From positions 19,654,001 to 19,718,000 of the forward strand of contig OZ024764.1 of assembly GCA_964016885.1 (NCBI GenBank): DNA of 64,000 nt, in the 5' to 3' direction. Below the pieces are notes generated by a model. The model worked only from the letters and a program-made list of their open reading frames with translations, was not told where the DNA came from and ran no database searches. Origin of the DNA: Eledone cirrhosa. Its lineage: Eukaryota. Position 1 is the first letter of the stretch. Every line of letters starts with the position of its first letter. Of this stretch, positions 1 through 11,907 are shown piece after piece. The translations under genes were made by a program, and so were the position numbers.

Positions 1-242
1 TTTTTTCCTTGGTTGGTGTTGTGACTATTGCTGTTATTGTCGTTGTTGTTTTTGTCTGCGTTTATGTGACTTTCTGGGTTTTCACCCATGTTTACAAATT
101 TTTCTTTTAATTCCGTGTTCCATGTTTCTTTTGCAGAAGTGAGGAGGGAAGACTTAGAGCCTTGTGCTTCTAGCTTCTCTGTATCACCTTTCTTAGGGGG
201 CGTGGCTTTCACGTTAGGATGAGATGTGAAAATTCCGTCCAT
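1..242 (-). CDS. N-terminal part of an unknown protein-coding exon, truncated by the window edge (MDGIFTSHPNVKATPPKKGDTEKLEAQGSK...NNNDNNSNSHNTNQGK)
   Basis: ATG at 242-240 and 80 stop-free codons to position 1 (my translation; not in the ORF track). Preceded on the minus strand by an acceptor-like TTTTCCAG at 280-273. Confidence 0.55.
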   Translation of the reverse strand, partial: MDGIFTSHPNVKATPPKKGDTEKLEAQGSKSSLLTSAKETWNTELKEKFVNMGENPESHINADKNNNDNNSNSHNTNQGK

Positions 243-444
243 TTCTATTAGTTTGCCGTAATAAATTTTTAACTGGAAAATTCGCCCCAAAAAGGGGCGA
301 AAATAAATAAACTCAAAGTTTGACGACCAGGGCAAGGGGTTAACGTATATTACAGTATAAAAAATTAATCAAAACTCACTTTTTGAGTAAGTAAATCCGA
401 CTCGGTAGCCGAGCTTGTTCACACACGTCAACACACGTCTCTCG

Positions 445-935
445 TATACGAGATGTTATGTGAGGTAAAGCCTTTACTGTGACAATACAATAGTATATGT
501 AGAGTAATGTAAATGTTATGTAAGGTATTATGTGAGGTAAAGCCTTTACTGTGACAATACAATAGTATATATAGAGTAATGTAAATGTTATGTGAGATAT
601 TATGTGAGGTAAAGCCTTTACTGTGAAAGTACAATAGTATATATAGAGTAATGTAAATGTTATGTGAGGTAAAGCCTTTACTGTGAAAATACAATAGTGA
701 ATATAGAGTAATGTAAATGTTATGTGAGATATTATGTGAGGTAAAGCCTTTACTGTGAAAGTACAATAGTATATATAGAGTAATGTAAATGTTATGTGAG
801 GTAAAGCCTTTACTGTGAAAATACAATAGTATATATAGAGTAATGTAAATGTTATGTGAGATATTATGTAAGGTAAAGCCTTTACTGTGACAATACAATA
901 GTATATATAGAGTAATGTAAATGGTAAAGGGTTAA
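445..935. repeat. 60/72-bp minisatellite (~7 copies) derived from the right part of a TTAA/CCC MITE
   Basis: Unit TATGTGAGGTAAAGCCTTTACTGTGAAAATACAATAGTATATATAGAGTAATGTAAATGT resembles 19040-19116, and the array ends in AAAGGGTTAA like that MITE. Confidence 0.85.
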
Positions 936-1274
936 GGAATGCCATGTACCTCTTTAGGATGCAGATTTCAAACATCAAATTTGTTTTTCTCTTGGACACA
1001 CAATTTTGCAGCCTTTACATAGACATTCTCAAATATATAGTAGATATTTTGTTAAATAATGGCATTATTATTTTTCTTTTGTGCCCCAAACCCTTCGTTT
1101 TTCTCTAGAACTTAACATTCCAGAGCTTTTCACTGACACACACACATAAAGATAAAGGTCCCATAACTCCTAGTGGAGTCTTAGAGGCACCACCAAATGG
1201 GGTGTCTAGGGCACTTTTAAACCTGGGAAGCCCAGCCCTCTCTAGGTCTGAACACAGCAAATTTTTTCTATAGA

Positions 1275-1415
1275 AGAAGAATCAAGCCCAGTATTGGACT
1301 GGTACTTTTTATTTTATCGATCATGGCGGGATTTGAACTCAGAGCGCGTATTGAGGTGGGACAAATACCATAAAGCATTCTATCCGTCTTAACGACTCTG
1401 GCAATTAGCGCCTTA
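1275..1415 (-). mobile_element. tRNA-derived SINE fragment (same family as 7855-8470)
   Basis: Reverse strand has CTGAGTTCAAATCCCGCC (B-box-like) and GATAAAATAAAAAGTACCAG, as in 7855-8470. Confidence 0.7.
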
Positions 1416-1431
1416 CACTCACACAGTAGAT

Positions 1432-1770
1432 CATCATCATTTCATTTTACGTCCGCTTTTTCCCTGCTTGCAAGGGTGGGACGGGAACTGATTCTGGCTT
1501 GATTTCTACAGCTGGATGCCCTTCCTAACACCAACCTCATTTACAGTGAGTGCTGGGTGCTTTTTTGCCGTGGCACCTCCACAACCACTTTGCAGTGGAA
1601 TGATAGGGACCCCAGTCCTATCATCTCATTTCTACAGCTGAGTAAACTGGAGCAATGTGAAATAAAGTGCCTTGCTCAAGGAAACAACACATCACCCGGT
1701 CTGAGAATTAAACTCACAACCTTTCGATTGCAAGGCCAATGCTCTAACCACTAAGCCATGTGCCTCCATC
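1432..1770 (-). mobile_element. Composite tRNA-headed SINE with (ATG)n tail
   Basis: Minus strand: A box TGGCTTAGTGG, degenerate B box GAGTTTAATTC, TCCTTGAGCAAGGCACTTTA core and (ATG)n tail. Near-identical copy at 15255-15580. Confidence 0.85.
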
Positions 1771-4700
1771 CTTTCAATTGCAAGGCCAATGCTCTAACCA
1801 CTAAGCCATGTGCCTCCATCCTTTCCATTGCAAGGCCAATGCTCTAACCAGTAAGCCATGTGCCTCCATCCTTTTGATTGCAAGGCCAATGCTCTAACCA
1901 CTAAGCCATGTGCCTCCATCCTTTCCATTGCAAGGCCAATGCTCTAACCACTAAGCCATGTGCCTCCATCCTTTCCATTGCAAGGCCAATGCTCTAACCA
2001 CTAAACCATGTGCCTCCAACCTTTCCATTGCAAGGCCAATGCTCTAACCACTAAGCCATGTGCCTCCATCCTTTCCATTGCAAGGCCAATGCTCTAACGA
2101 CTAAGCCATGTGCCTCCATTGCAAGGCCAATGCTCTAACCACTAAGCCATGTGCCTCCAACCTTTCCATTGCAAGGCCAATGCTCTAACCACTAAGCCAT
2201 GTGCCTCCATCCTTTCCATTGCAAGGCCAATGCTCTAACCACTAAGCCATGTGCCTCCATCCTTTCCATTGCAAGGCCAATGCTCTAACCACTAAGCCAT
2301 GTGCCTCCAACCTTTCGATTGCAAGGCCAAAGCTCTAACCACTAAGCCATGTGCCTCCATCCTTTCCATTGCAAGGCCAATGCTCTAACCAGTAAGCCAT
2401 GTGCCTCCATCCTTTCCATTGCAAGGCCAATGCTCTAACCACTAAGCCATGTGCCTCCAACCTTTCCATTGCAAGGCCAATGCTCTAACCACTAAGCCAT
2501 GTGCCTCCATCCTTTCCATTGCAAGGCCAATGCTCTAACCACTAAGCCATGTGCCTCCAACCTTTCGATTGCAAGGCCAATGCTCTAACCACTAAGCCAT
2601 GTGCCTCCATCCTTTCCATTGCAAGGCCAATGCTCTAACCAGAAAGCCATGTGCCTCCATCCTTTCCATTGCAAGGCCAATGCTCTAACCAGTAAGCCAT
2701 GTGCCTCCATCCTTTCCATTGCAAAGCCAATGCTCTAACCACTAAGCCATGTGCCTCCATCCTTTCCATTGCAAGGCCAATGCTCTAACCACTAAGCCAT
2801 GTGCCTCCATCCTTTCCATTGCAAGGCCAATGCTCTAACCACTAAGCCATGTGCCTCCATCCTTTCCATTGCAAGGCCAATGCTCTAACCACTAAGCCAT
2901 GTGCCTCCATCCTTTCCATTGCAAGGCCAATGCTCTAACCACTAAGCCATGTGCCTCCATCCTTTCCATTGCAAGGCCAATGCTCTAACCAGTAAGCCAT
3001 GTGCCTCCATCCTTTCAATTGCAAGGCCAATGCTCTAACCACTAAGCCATGTGCCTCCAACCTTTCCATTGCAAGGCCAATGCTCTAACCACTAAGCCAT
3101 GTGCCTCCATCCTTTCCATTGCAAGGCCAATGCTCTAACCACTAAGCCATGTGCCTCCAACCTTTCGATTGCAAAGCCAATGCTCTAACCACTAAGCCAT
3201 GTGCCTCCATCCTTTCCATTGCAAGGCCAATGCTCTAACCAGTAAGCCATGTGCCTCCATCCTTTCCATTGCAAGGCCAATGCTCTAACCAGTAAGCCAT
3301 GTGCCTCCATCCTTTCCATTGCAAGGCCAATGCTCTAACCAGTAAGCCATGTGCCTCCATCCTTTCCATTGCAAGGCCAATGCTCTAACCACTAAGCCAT
3401 GTGCCTCCATCCTTTCCATTGCAAGGCCAATGCTCTAACCAGTAAGCCATGTGCCTCAAACCTTTCGATTGCAAGGCCAATGCTCTAACCAGTAAGCCAT
3501 GTGCCTCCATCCTTTCAATTGCAAGGCCAATGCTCTAACCACTAAGCCATGTGCCACCATTGCAAGGCCAATGCTCTAACCACTAAGCCATGTGCCTCCA
3601 TTGCAAGGCCAATGCTCTAACCACTAAGCCATGTGCCTCCAACCTTTCCATTGCAAGGCCAATGCTCTAACCACTAAGCCATGTGCCTCCATCCTTTCCA
3701 TTGCAAGGCCAATGCTCTAACCACTAAGCCATGTGCCTCCATCCTTTCCATTGCAAGGCCAATGCTCTAACCACTAAGCCATGTGCCTCCATCCTTTCCA
3801 TTGCAAGGCCAATGCTCTAACCACTAAGCCATGTGCCTCCATCCTTTCCATTGCAAGGCCAATGCTCTAACCACTAAGCCATGTGCCTCCATCCTTTCCA
3901 TTGCAAGGCCAATGCTCTAACCACTAAGCCATGTGCCTCCATCCTTTCCATTGCAAGGCCAATGCTCTAACCACTAAGCCATGTGCCTCCATCCTTTCCA
4001 TTGCAAGGCCAATGCTCTAACCACTAAGCCATGTGCCTCCATCCTTTCCATTGCAAGGCCAATGCTCTAACCACTAAGCCATGTGCCTCCAACCTTTCGA
4101 TTGCAAGGCCAAAGCTCTAACCACTAAGCCATGTGCCTCCATCCTTTCCATTGCAAGGCCAATGCTCTAACCAGTAAGCCATGTGCCTCCATCCTTTCCA
4201 TTGCAAGGCCAATGCTCTAACCACTAAGCCATGTGCCTCCAACCTTTCCATTGCAAGGCCAATGCTCTAACCACTAAGCCATGTGCCTCCATCCTTTCCA
4301 TTGCAAGGCCAATGCTCTAACCACTAAGCCATGTGCCTCCAACCTTTCGATTGCAAGGCCAATGCTCTAACCACTAAGCCATGTGCCTCCATCCTTTCCA
4401 TTGCAAGGCCAATGCTCTAACCAGTAAGCCATGTGCCTCCATCCTTTCCATTGCAAGGCCAATGCTCTAACCAGTAAGCCATGTGCCTCCATCCTTTCCA
4501 TTGCAAGGCCAATGCTCTAACCAGTAAGCCATGTGCCTCCATCCTTTCCATTGCAATGCCAATGCTCTAACCACTAAGCCATGTGCCTCCATCCTTTCCA
4601 TTGCAAGGCCAATGCTCTAACCAGTAAGCCATGTGCCTCCAACCTTTCGATTGCAAGGCCAATGCTCTAACCAGTAAGCCATGTGCCTCCATCCTTTCAA

Positions 4701-7700
4701 TTGCAAGGCCAATGCTCTAACCACTAAGCCATGTGCCTCCATCCTTTCCATTGCAAGGCCAATGCTCTAACCACTAAGCCATGTGCCTCCATCCTTTCGA
4801 TTGCAAGGCCAATGCTCTAACCACTAAGCCATGTGCCTCCATCCTTTCCATTGCAAGGCCAATGCTCTAACCACTAAGCCATGTGCCTCCATGCTTTCCA
4901 TTGCAAGGCCAATGCTCTAACCACTAAGCCATGTGCCTCCATCCTTTCCATTGCAAGGCCAATGCTCTAACCACTAAGCCATGTGCCTCCATCCTTTCCA
5001 TTGCAAGGCCAATGCTCTAACCACTAAGCCATGTGCCTCCATCCTTTCCATTGCAAGGCCAATGCTCTAACCAGTAAGCCATGTGCCTCCATCCTTTCAA
5101 TTGCAAGGCCAATGCTCTAACCACTAAGCCATGTGCCTCCATCCTTTCCATTGCAAGGCCAATGCTCTAACCAATAAGCCATGTGCCTCCATCCTTTCCA
5201 TTGCAAGGCCAATGCTCTAACCACTAAGCCATGTGCCTCCATCCTTTCCATTGCAAGGCCAATGCTCTAACCACTAAGCCATGTGCCTCCATCCTTTCCA
5301 TTGCAAGGCCAATGCTCTAACCACTAAGCCATGTGCCTCCATCCTTTCATTTGCAAGGCCAATGCTCTAACCACTAAGCCATGTGCCTCCATCCTTTCCA
5401 TTGCAAAGCCAATGCTCTAACCACTAAGCTATGTGCCTCCATCCTTTCCATTGCAAGGCCAATGCTCTAACCACTAAGCCATGTGCCTCCATCCTTTCCA
5501 TTGCAAGGCCAATGCTCTAACCACTAAGCCATGTGCCTCCATCCTTTCCATTGCAAGGCCAATGCTCTAACCACTAAGCCATGTGCCTCCAACCTTTCAA
5601 TTGCAAGGCCAATGCTCTAACCACTAAGCCATGTGCCTCCATCCTTTCAATTGCAAGGCCAATGCTCTAACCACTAAGCCATGTGCCTCCATCCTTTCCA
5701 TTGCAAGGCCAATGCTCTAACCACTAAGCCATGTGCCTCCAACCTTTCAATTGCAAGGCCAATGCTCTAACCACTAAGCCATGTGCCTCCATCCTTTCAA
5801 TTGCAAGGCCAATGCTCTAACCACTAAGCCATGTGCCTCCATCCTTTCCATTGCAAGGCCAATGCTCTAACCACTAAGCCATGTGCCTCCAACCTTTCAA
5901 TTGCAAGGCCAATGCTCTAACCACTAAGCCATGTGCCTCCATCCTTTCCATTGCAAGGCCAATGCTCTAACCACTAAGCCATGTGCCTCCATCCTTTCCA
6001 TTGCAAGGCCAATGCTCTAACCACTAAGCCATGTGCCTCCATTGCAAGGCCAATGCTCTAACCACTAAGCCATGTGCCTCCATCCTTTCATTTGCAAGGC
6101 CAATGCTCTAACCACTAAGCCATGTGCCTCCATCCTTTCCATTGCAAGGCCAATGCTCTAACCACTAAGCCATGTGCCTCCATTGCAAGGCCAATGCTCT
6201 AACCACTAAGCCATGTGCCTCCATCCTTTCCATTGCAAGGCCAATGCTCTAACCACTAAGCCATGTGCCTCCAACCTTTCCATTGCAAGGCCAATGCTCT
6301 AACCACTAAGCCATGTGCCTCCATCCTTTCCATTGCAAGGCCAATGCTCTAACCACTAAGCCATGTGCCTCCATCCTTTCCATTGCAAGGCCAATGCTCT
6401 AACCACTAAGCCATGTGCCTCCATTGCAAGGCCAATGCTCTAACCACTAAGCCATGTGCCTCCAACCTTTCAATTGCAAGGCCAATGCTCTAACCACTAA
6501 GCCATGTGCCTCCATCCTTTCCATTGCAAGGCCAATGCTCTAACCACTAAGCCATGTGCCTCCATCCTTTCCATTGCAAGGCCAATGCTCTAACCACTAA
6601 GCCATGTGCCTCCATTGCAAGGCCAATGCTCTAACCACTAAGCCATGTGCCTCCATCCTTTCATTTGCAAGGCCAATGCTCTAACCACTAAGCCATGTGC
6701 CTCCATCCTTTCCATTGCAAGGCCAATGCTCTAACCACTAAGCCATGTGCCTCCATTGCAAGGCCAATGCTCTAACCACTAAGCCATGTGCCTCCATCCT
6801 TTCCATTGCAAGGCCAATGCTCTAACCACTAAGCCATGTGCCTCCATCCTTTCCATTGCAAGGCCAATGCTCTAACCACTAAGCCATGTGCCTCCAACCT
6901 TTCAATTGCAAGGCCAATGCTCTAACCACTAAGCCATGTGCCTCCATCCTTTCAATTGCAAGGCCAATGCTCTAACCACTAAGCCATGTGCCTCCATCCT
7001 TTCCATTGCAAGGCCAATGCTCTAACCACTAAGCCATGTGCCTCCAACCTTTCAATTGCAAGGCCAATGCTCTAACCACTAAGCCATGTGCCTCCATCCT
7101 TTCAATTGCAAGGCCAATGCTCTAACCACTAAGCCATGTGCCTCCATCCTTTCCATTGCAAGGCCAATGCTCTAACCACTAAGCCATGTGCCTCCAACCT
7201 TTCAATTGCAAGGCCAATGCTCTAACCACTAAGCCATGTGCCTCCATCCTTTCCATTGCAAGGCCAATGCTCTAACCACTAAGCCATGTGCCTCCATCCT
7301 TTCCATTGCAAGGCCAATGCTCTAACCACTAAGCCATGTGCCTCCAACCTTTCAATTGCAAGGCCAATGCTCTAACCACTAAGCCATGTGCCTCCATCCT
7401 TTCAATTGCAAGGCCAATGCTCTAACCACTAAGCCATGTGCCTCCATCCTTTCCATTGCAAGGCCAATGCTCTAACCACTAAGCCATGTGCCTCCATTGC
7501 AAGGCCAATGCTCTAACCACTAAGCCATGTGCCTCCATCCTTTCCATTGCAAGGCCAATGCTCTAACCACTAAGCCATGTGCCTCCAACCTTTCCATTGC
7601 AAGGCCAATGCTCTAACCACTAAGCCATGTGCCTCCATCCTTTCCATTGCAAGGCCAATGCTCTAACCACTAAGCCATGTGCCTCCATCCTTTCCATTGC

Positions 7701-7787
7701 AAGGCCAATGCTCTAACCACTAAGCCATGTGCCTCCATCCTTTCCATTGCAAGGCCAATGCTCTAACCACTAAGCCATGTGCCTCCA
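1718..7787 (-). repeat. ~6-kb satellite of 50-bp units (~120 copies, some 41-bp variants) made from the SINE tRNA-like 5' head
   Basis: Unit CCTTTCCATTGCAAGGCCAATGCTCTAACCACTAAGCCATGTGCCTCCAT is continuous with the SINE at 1432-1770. Confidence 0.97.
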
Positions 7788-7854
7788 GTAGATATATTGT
7801 TATAATCTTTGTTGTAATGTACCTCACTACCGTACACAATAATTATGTTATTAG

Positions 7855-8470
7855 CATCAGACGCCATGCTTTGCAGCACAGAGTTATGGCCCTTTACGTT
7901 CTGAGTTCAAATCCCGGCGAAGTTAACTTTGCCTTTCATCCTTACGGGGGGGGGGGGGGGGGGTCAATAAAATAGAGTACCAGTAATACACTGGGATAAT
8001 TGCTGGCCTTGTGCCAAAAGTAGAAACAATTATTATTATTATTATTATGATAGTGGATTGACAGAATCGGTAGTGTCAGATGCTCTGCAGCATAGAGTTA
8101 CGGCCCTTTATTTTCTGAGTTCAAATCCCGCCGGATTGGCAGTATCGATAAAGTGAGACACACCATGCTTTGCAGCATAGAGTTACGGCCCTTTACGATC
8201 TATGTTCTGCCGAGCTTAACTTGGTCTTTCATCCTTACAGGGTTGATAAAATAAAGTACCAGTAATACACTGGGGTATTTGCTAGCCTTGTGCCATCGGT
8301 AGAGGGTCGGTCGCCATGCTTTGCAGCACAGTTACGTCCCTTTACGGACTGAGTTCAAATCCCGCCGAGGTTAACTTTGCCTTTCATCCTTACGGGGTCG
8401 ATAAAATAAAGTACCAGTAATGCACTGGGTAATTGCTGGCCTTGTGTCAAAAGTAGAAATATTATTATAA
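7855..8470 (+). mobile_element. Cluster of ~4 partial tRNA-SINE copies
   Basis: Repeated GGCCCTTTACGTTCTGAGTTCAAATCCCG...TTAACTTTGCCTTTCATCCTTACGGGGTCGATAAAATAAAGTACCAG. Confidence 0.8.
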
Positions 8471-8904
8471 TTATGGTGAATCGATTTATAAAAAAAGAAA
8501 ATTTCAACTGCTCATAAAACAATATAGAACAGTTATTATAATTATGAGATTTTTTATTCTAAATTTATGAAATAATTTATTTTAATTTACATATAAAAGT
8601 GAATGTTTTGTCAGACATTGGTGAGCTGAAAAGTTCAATTTACTGACCCAAGATACATGGAATGACCAAATGAGGTTTATTTTTCAACTCAGTCTCTGGA
8701 AAGAAATTATTTCATGCGGCACCTACACTACTACTACCTTGATGGCACCTACACTATTACTACCACTACTACCTTGATGGCACCTACACTAACTACTACT
8801 ACCTTGATGGTACTCAGCGCATTCAGAACATAAGCTGGTGACATCTGACTTAGAGAGAGATATGGCGGCCTCCCACCCATATCTGTTGTAAAAGGGGAGT
8901 AAGA

Positions 8905-9414
8905 CTTGCTGGTCACTGCCATGGTGTCACTATTAGTGTCACTAATAACAGGGGACACAAGCTCTCCTATCCTGATGTACTGGTCACTGCCATAGTTTCA
9001 CCTCTGAGGCTGTGTCACCATTAGTGTCACTAATAACAGGGGACACAAGCTCTCCTATCCTGATGTACTGGCCACTGCCATGGTGTCACCTCTGAGGCTG
9101 TGTCACCATTAGTGTCACTAATAACAGGGGACACAAGCTCTCCTATCCTGATGTACTGGCCACTGCCATGGTGTCACCTCTGAGGCTGTGTCACCATTAG
9201 TGTCACAAATAACAGGGGACACAAGCTCTCCTATCCTGATGTACTGGTTACTGCCATGGTGCCACCTCTGAGGCTGTGTCACCACTAGTGTCACTAATAA
9301 CAGGGGACACAAGCTCTCCTATCCTGATGTACTGGCCACTGCCATGGTGTCACCTCTGAGGCTGTGTCACCATTAGTGTCACTAATAACAGGGGACACAA
9401 GCTCTCCTATCCCG
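8905..9414. repeat. 88-bp minisatellite, ~6 copies
   Basis: ACTAATAACAGGGGACACAAGCTCTCC recurs at 8941, 9029, 9117 and onward. Confidence 0.95.
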
Positions 9415-9526
9415 ATGTCATCTCCAGAGATTCTGCTATTGAAATCCAGGACTTGGCAATGGCAACGAACGACAGACCCACGTGGAGATCAATTGTTGAG
9501 TGAATTTCAGCTGAGACTGCAGGATG

Positions 9527-9640
9527 ATGATGAAATGTCTTCAAAATAGTTTGAAACTTGCTGCAGCTCGTCTGGGAAAATTTCAGTTAGTTCGTCAAAT
9601 GTATTAAGTACACCGTCATCAGGTAAGAATGTTAATATTT
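9527..9640 (-). mobile_element. Possible MULE/Mutator transposase relic
   Basis: Minus-frame peptide ILTFLPDDGVLNTFDELTEIFPDELQQVSNYFED resembles the (A)FLP..V...F..L...P.EL.....YFE segment of MULE transposases; recognised by eye only. Confidence 0.4.
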
Positions 9641-9712
9641 TGTCGAGCTATTTTTAGAGAGTTGTGCTGAAGTACATCGCTCCAAAGTAGGTCATTTATT
9701 TGCATTTAGAGC

Positions 9713-11659
9713 TCAAATAAGGGACCCAATGAAAGATTTCTCTGGAGTGTGTGTGCGTCTGTGTTTGTTTAAGACACTGTTAGAGACAAACGATTTCCCA
9801 CATATTTCACAGTAAAAGGGTTTCTCTCCAGTGTGACTACGTTTGTGGACAACTAATGTGGATTTCTGAGTGAAAACATTCCCACATATTTCACAGTGGA
9901 AGGGTTTTTCTCCTGTGTGTATTCGTTGGTGAATAACAAAACTAGAATTTAGAGAAAAAGATTTCCCACATATTTCACAATGATAAGGTTTTTCTCCAGT
10001 GTGTTTTCTTCTGTGATTTATTAAATAGGTTTTAATGGCAAATGACTGCCCACATATTTCACAGTGGTAGGGTTTTTCTCCAGTGTGTGTTCTTTTGTGA
10101 ACTACAAGATGAGAATTAAAAGAGAATGACTTCCCACATATTTCACAATGATAGGGTTTTTCTCCAGTGTGTGTTCTTTTATGTTTTGTTAAATCACTAT
10201 TTTTGAGACAAGATTTCCCACATATTTCACAGTGGAAAGGTTTCTCTCCAGTGTGTGTTCTTTTGTGATTTGTTAAATAGGTGTTAAAAGCAAATGATTT
10301 CCCACATATTTCACAATGAAAGGGTTTTTCTCCACTGTGTGTTCTTTTATGATGTTTTAAGATACTGGTAGAGGAAAAAGATTTCCCACATATCTCACAG
10401 TGGAAAGGTTTCTCTCCAGTGTGAACTCTTCTGTGTTTTGTTAAATCACTGTTATAACCAAAGGGTTTCCCACATATTTCACAGTGGAATAATCCTTCTC
10501 CAGTGTGTATAGTTTTGTGTCTGTTTAAATCTCTATTATTTACAAAAGATTTCCCACATATTTCACAGTGGTAGGGTTTTTCTCCAGTGTGTGTATGTTT
10601 GTGGTTTATAAGATTTGAATTAAGAGAGAAAGCTTTCCCACATATGTCACAATGATAAGGTTTTTCCCCAGTGTGTGTTCTTTTGTGATTTGCTAAACAA
10701 CTGTTACTGGCAAAAGATTTCCCACATATTTCACAATGATAGGGTTTCTCTCCAGTGTGTGTTCTTTCATGTTTTGTTAGATAGTTATTAATGGCAAATG
10801 ACTTCCCACATATTTCACAATGGTAGGGTTTTTCTCCAGTGTGTGTTCTTTTGTGTTTTGTTAAGTCACTATTTTTGCTAAAAGATTTTCCACATATTTC
10901 ACAGTGATAGGGTTTTTCTCCAGTATGACTTCGTTTGTGAACTAGGAAATGAGAATTCTGAGTGAAAGGTCTCCCACATATTTCACAACGATAAGGTTTT
11001 TCTCCAGTGTGTATTCTTTTGTGTTCTTTTAAAATACAGTTAGAGGAAAAAGATTTCCCACATATTTCACAATGATAGGGTTTTTCTCCAGTGTGTGTTC
11101 TGTTGTGTTGCTTTAAGACACTGTTGGAGGAAAAATATTTCCCACATATTTCACAATAAAACACCTTTTCTCCATTGTGAATCTGTTTGTGTGCCAAAAT
11201 TTCAAGTTCTGAAGAGAAAGTTTTCTTACAAATCTCACAGCAATATTCAAGAATATTTCTGTTTAAAGATCCTTGTTTAGTACATGTTTCATTAGGTAAA
11301 GGTTTCTCACCCCTGTATGTCTGTGTAACTGTATCTATATTGGTAGGTTTCTCACCCCTGTATGTCTGTGTAACTGTATCTATATTGGTAGGGTTCTCAC
11401 CCCTGTATGTCTGTGTAACTGTATCTATATTGGTAGGTTTCTCACCCCTGTATGTCTGTGTAACTGTATCTATATTGGTAGGGTTCTCACCCCTGTATGT
11501 CTGTGTAACTGTATCTATATTGGTAGGTTTCTCACCCCTGTATGTCTGTGTAACTGTATCTATATTGGTAGGTTTCTCATCCCTGTATGTTTGTGTAACT
11601 GTATCTATATTGGTAAAAACAGGTGTGGTAGAAATGTCCAAGTGTTTAACATCCTCCAT
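9713..11659 (-). CDS. C2H2 zinc-finger protein, 648 aa, 18 tandem fingers plus N-terminal 7x15-aa repeat
   Basis: Intact ORF with 18 CxxC...HxxxH units and TGEKP linkers. Confidence 0.95.
   Translation of the reverse strand: MEDVKHLDISTTPVFTNIDTVTQTYRDEKPTNIDTVTQTYRGEKPTNIDTVTQTYRGENPTNIDTVTQTYRGEKPTNIDTVTQTYRGENPTNIDTVTQTYRGEKPTNIDTVTQTYRGEKPLPNETCTKQGSLNRNILEYCCEICKKTFSSELEILAHKQIHNGEKVFYCEICGKYFSSNSVLKQHNRTHTGEKPYHCEICGKSFSSNCILKEHKRIHTGEKPYRCEICGRPFTQNSHFLVHKRSHTGEKPYHCEICGKSFSKNSDLTKHKRTHTGEKPYHCEICGKSFAINNYLTKHERTHTGEKPYHCEICGKSFASNSCLANHKRTHTGEKPYHCDICGKAFSLNSNLINHKHTHTGEKPYHCEICGKSFVNNRDLNRHKTIHTGEGLFHCEICGKPFGYNSDLTKHRRVHTGEKPFHCEICGKSFSSTSILKHHKRTHSGEKPFHCEICGKSFAFNTYLTNHKRTHTGEKPFHCEICGKSCLKNSDLTKHKRTHTGEKPYHCEICGKSFSFNSHLVVHKRTHTGEKPYHCEICGQSFAIKTYLINHRRKHTGEKPYHCEICGKSFSLNSSFVIHQRIHTGEKPFHCEICGNVFTQKSTLVVHKRSHTGEKPFYCEICGKSFVSNSVLNKHRRTHTPEKSFIGSLI
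11301..11615 (-). repeat. In-frame 45-bp coding minisatellite, 7 copies (TNIDTVTQTYRGEKP)
   Basis: Unit GGTTTCTCACCCCTGTATGTCTGTGTAACTGTATCTATATTGGTA. Confidence 0.95.
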
Positions 11660-11865
11660 AGTTATTCTTAAAAGTTGAGAAATATCTGTGATTATAATTT
11701 AATTTTGGTTCAGTTCCTTGTCTGTGATATCAGGGGACAATAGTTCAGTTCCTTGTCTGTGATATCAGGAGACTACGTTTACATATGTGGAATATATGTA
11801 ATGTAGATATATTATCTACATACCACTAGCAGTTTTGCTGCTGACTGGGTCCTCTTGAAGTGACA

Positions 11866-11907
<42 letters not shown>

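Noticed and set aside
376-999. 207-aa and 156-aa minus-strand ORFs
   Set aside because: Translations of the 60/72-bp minisatellite, open only because the unit lengths are multiples of 3.
1718-7787. CRISPR array or tRNA gene cluster
   Set aside because: No unique spacers and no cas genes; units lack the T-arm and 3' acceptor strand, so they are not tRNA genes.
11187-11678. 163-aa hydrophobic plus-strand ORF
   Set aside because: Antisense shadow of the 45-bp coding repeat of the ZNF.
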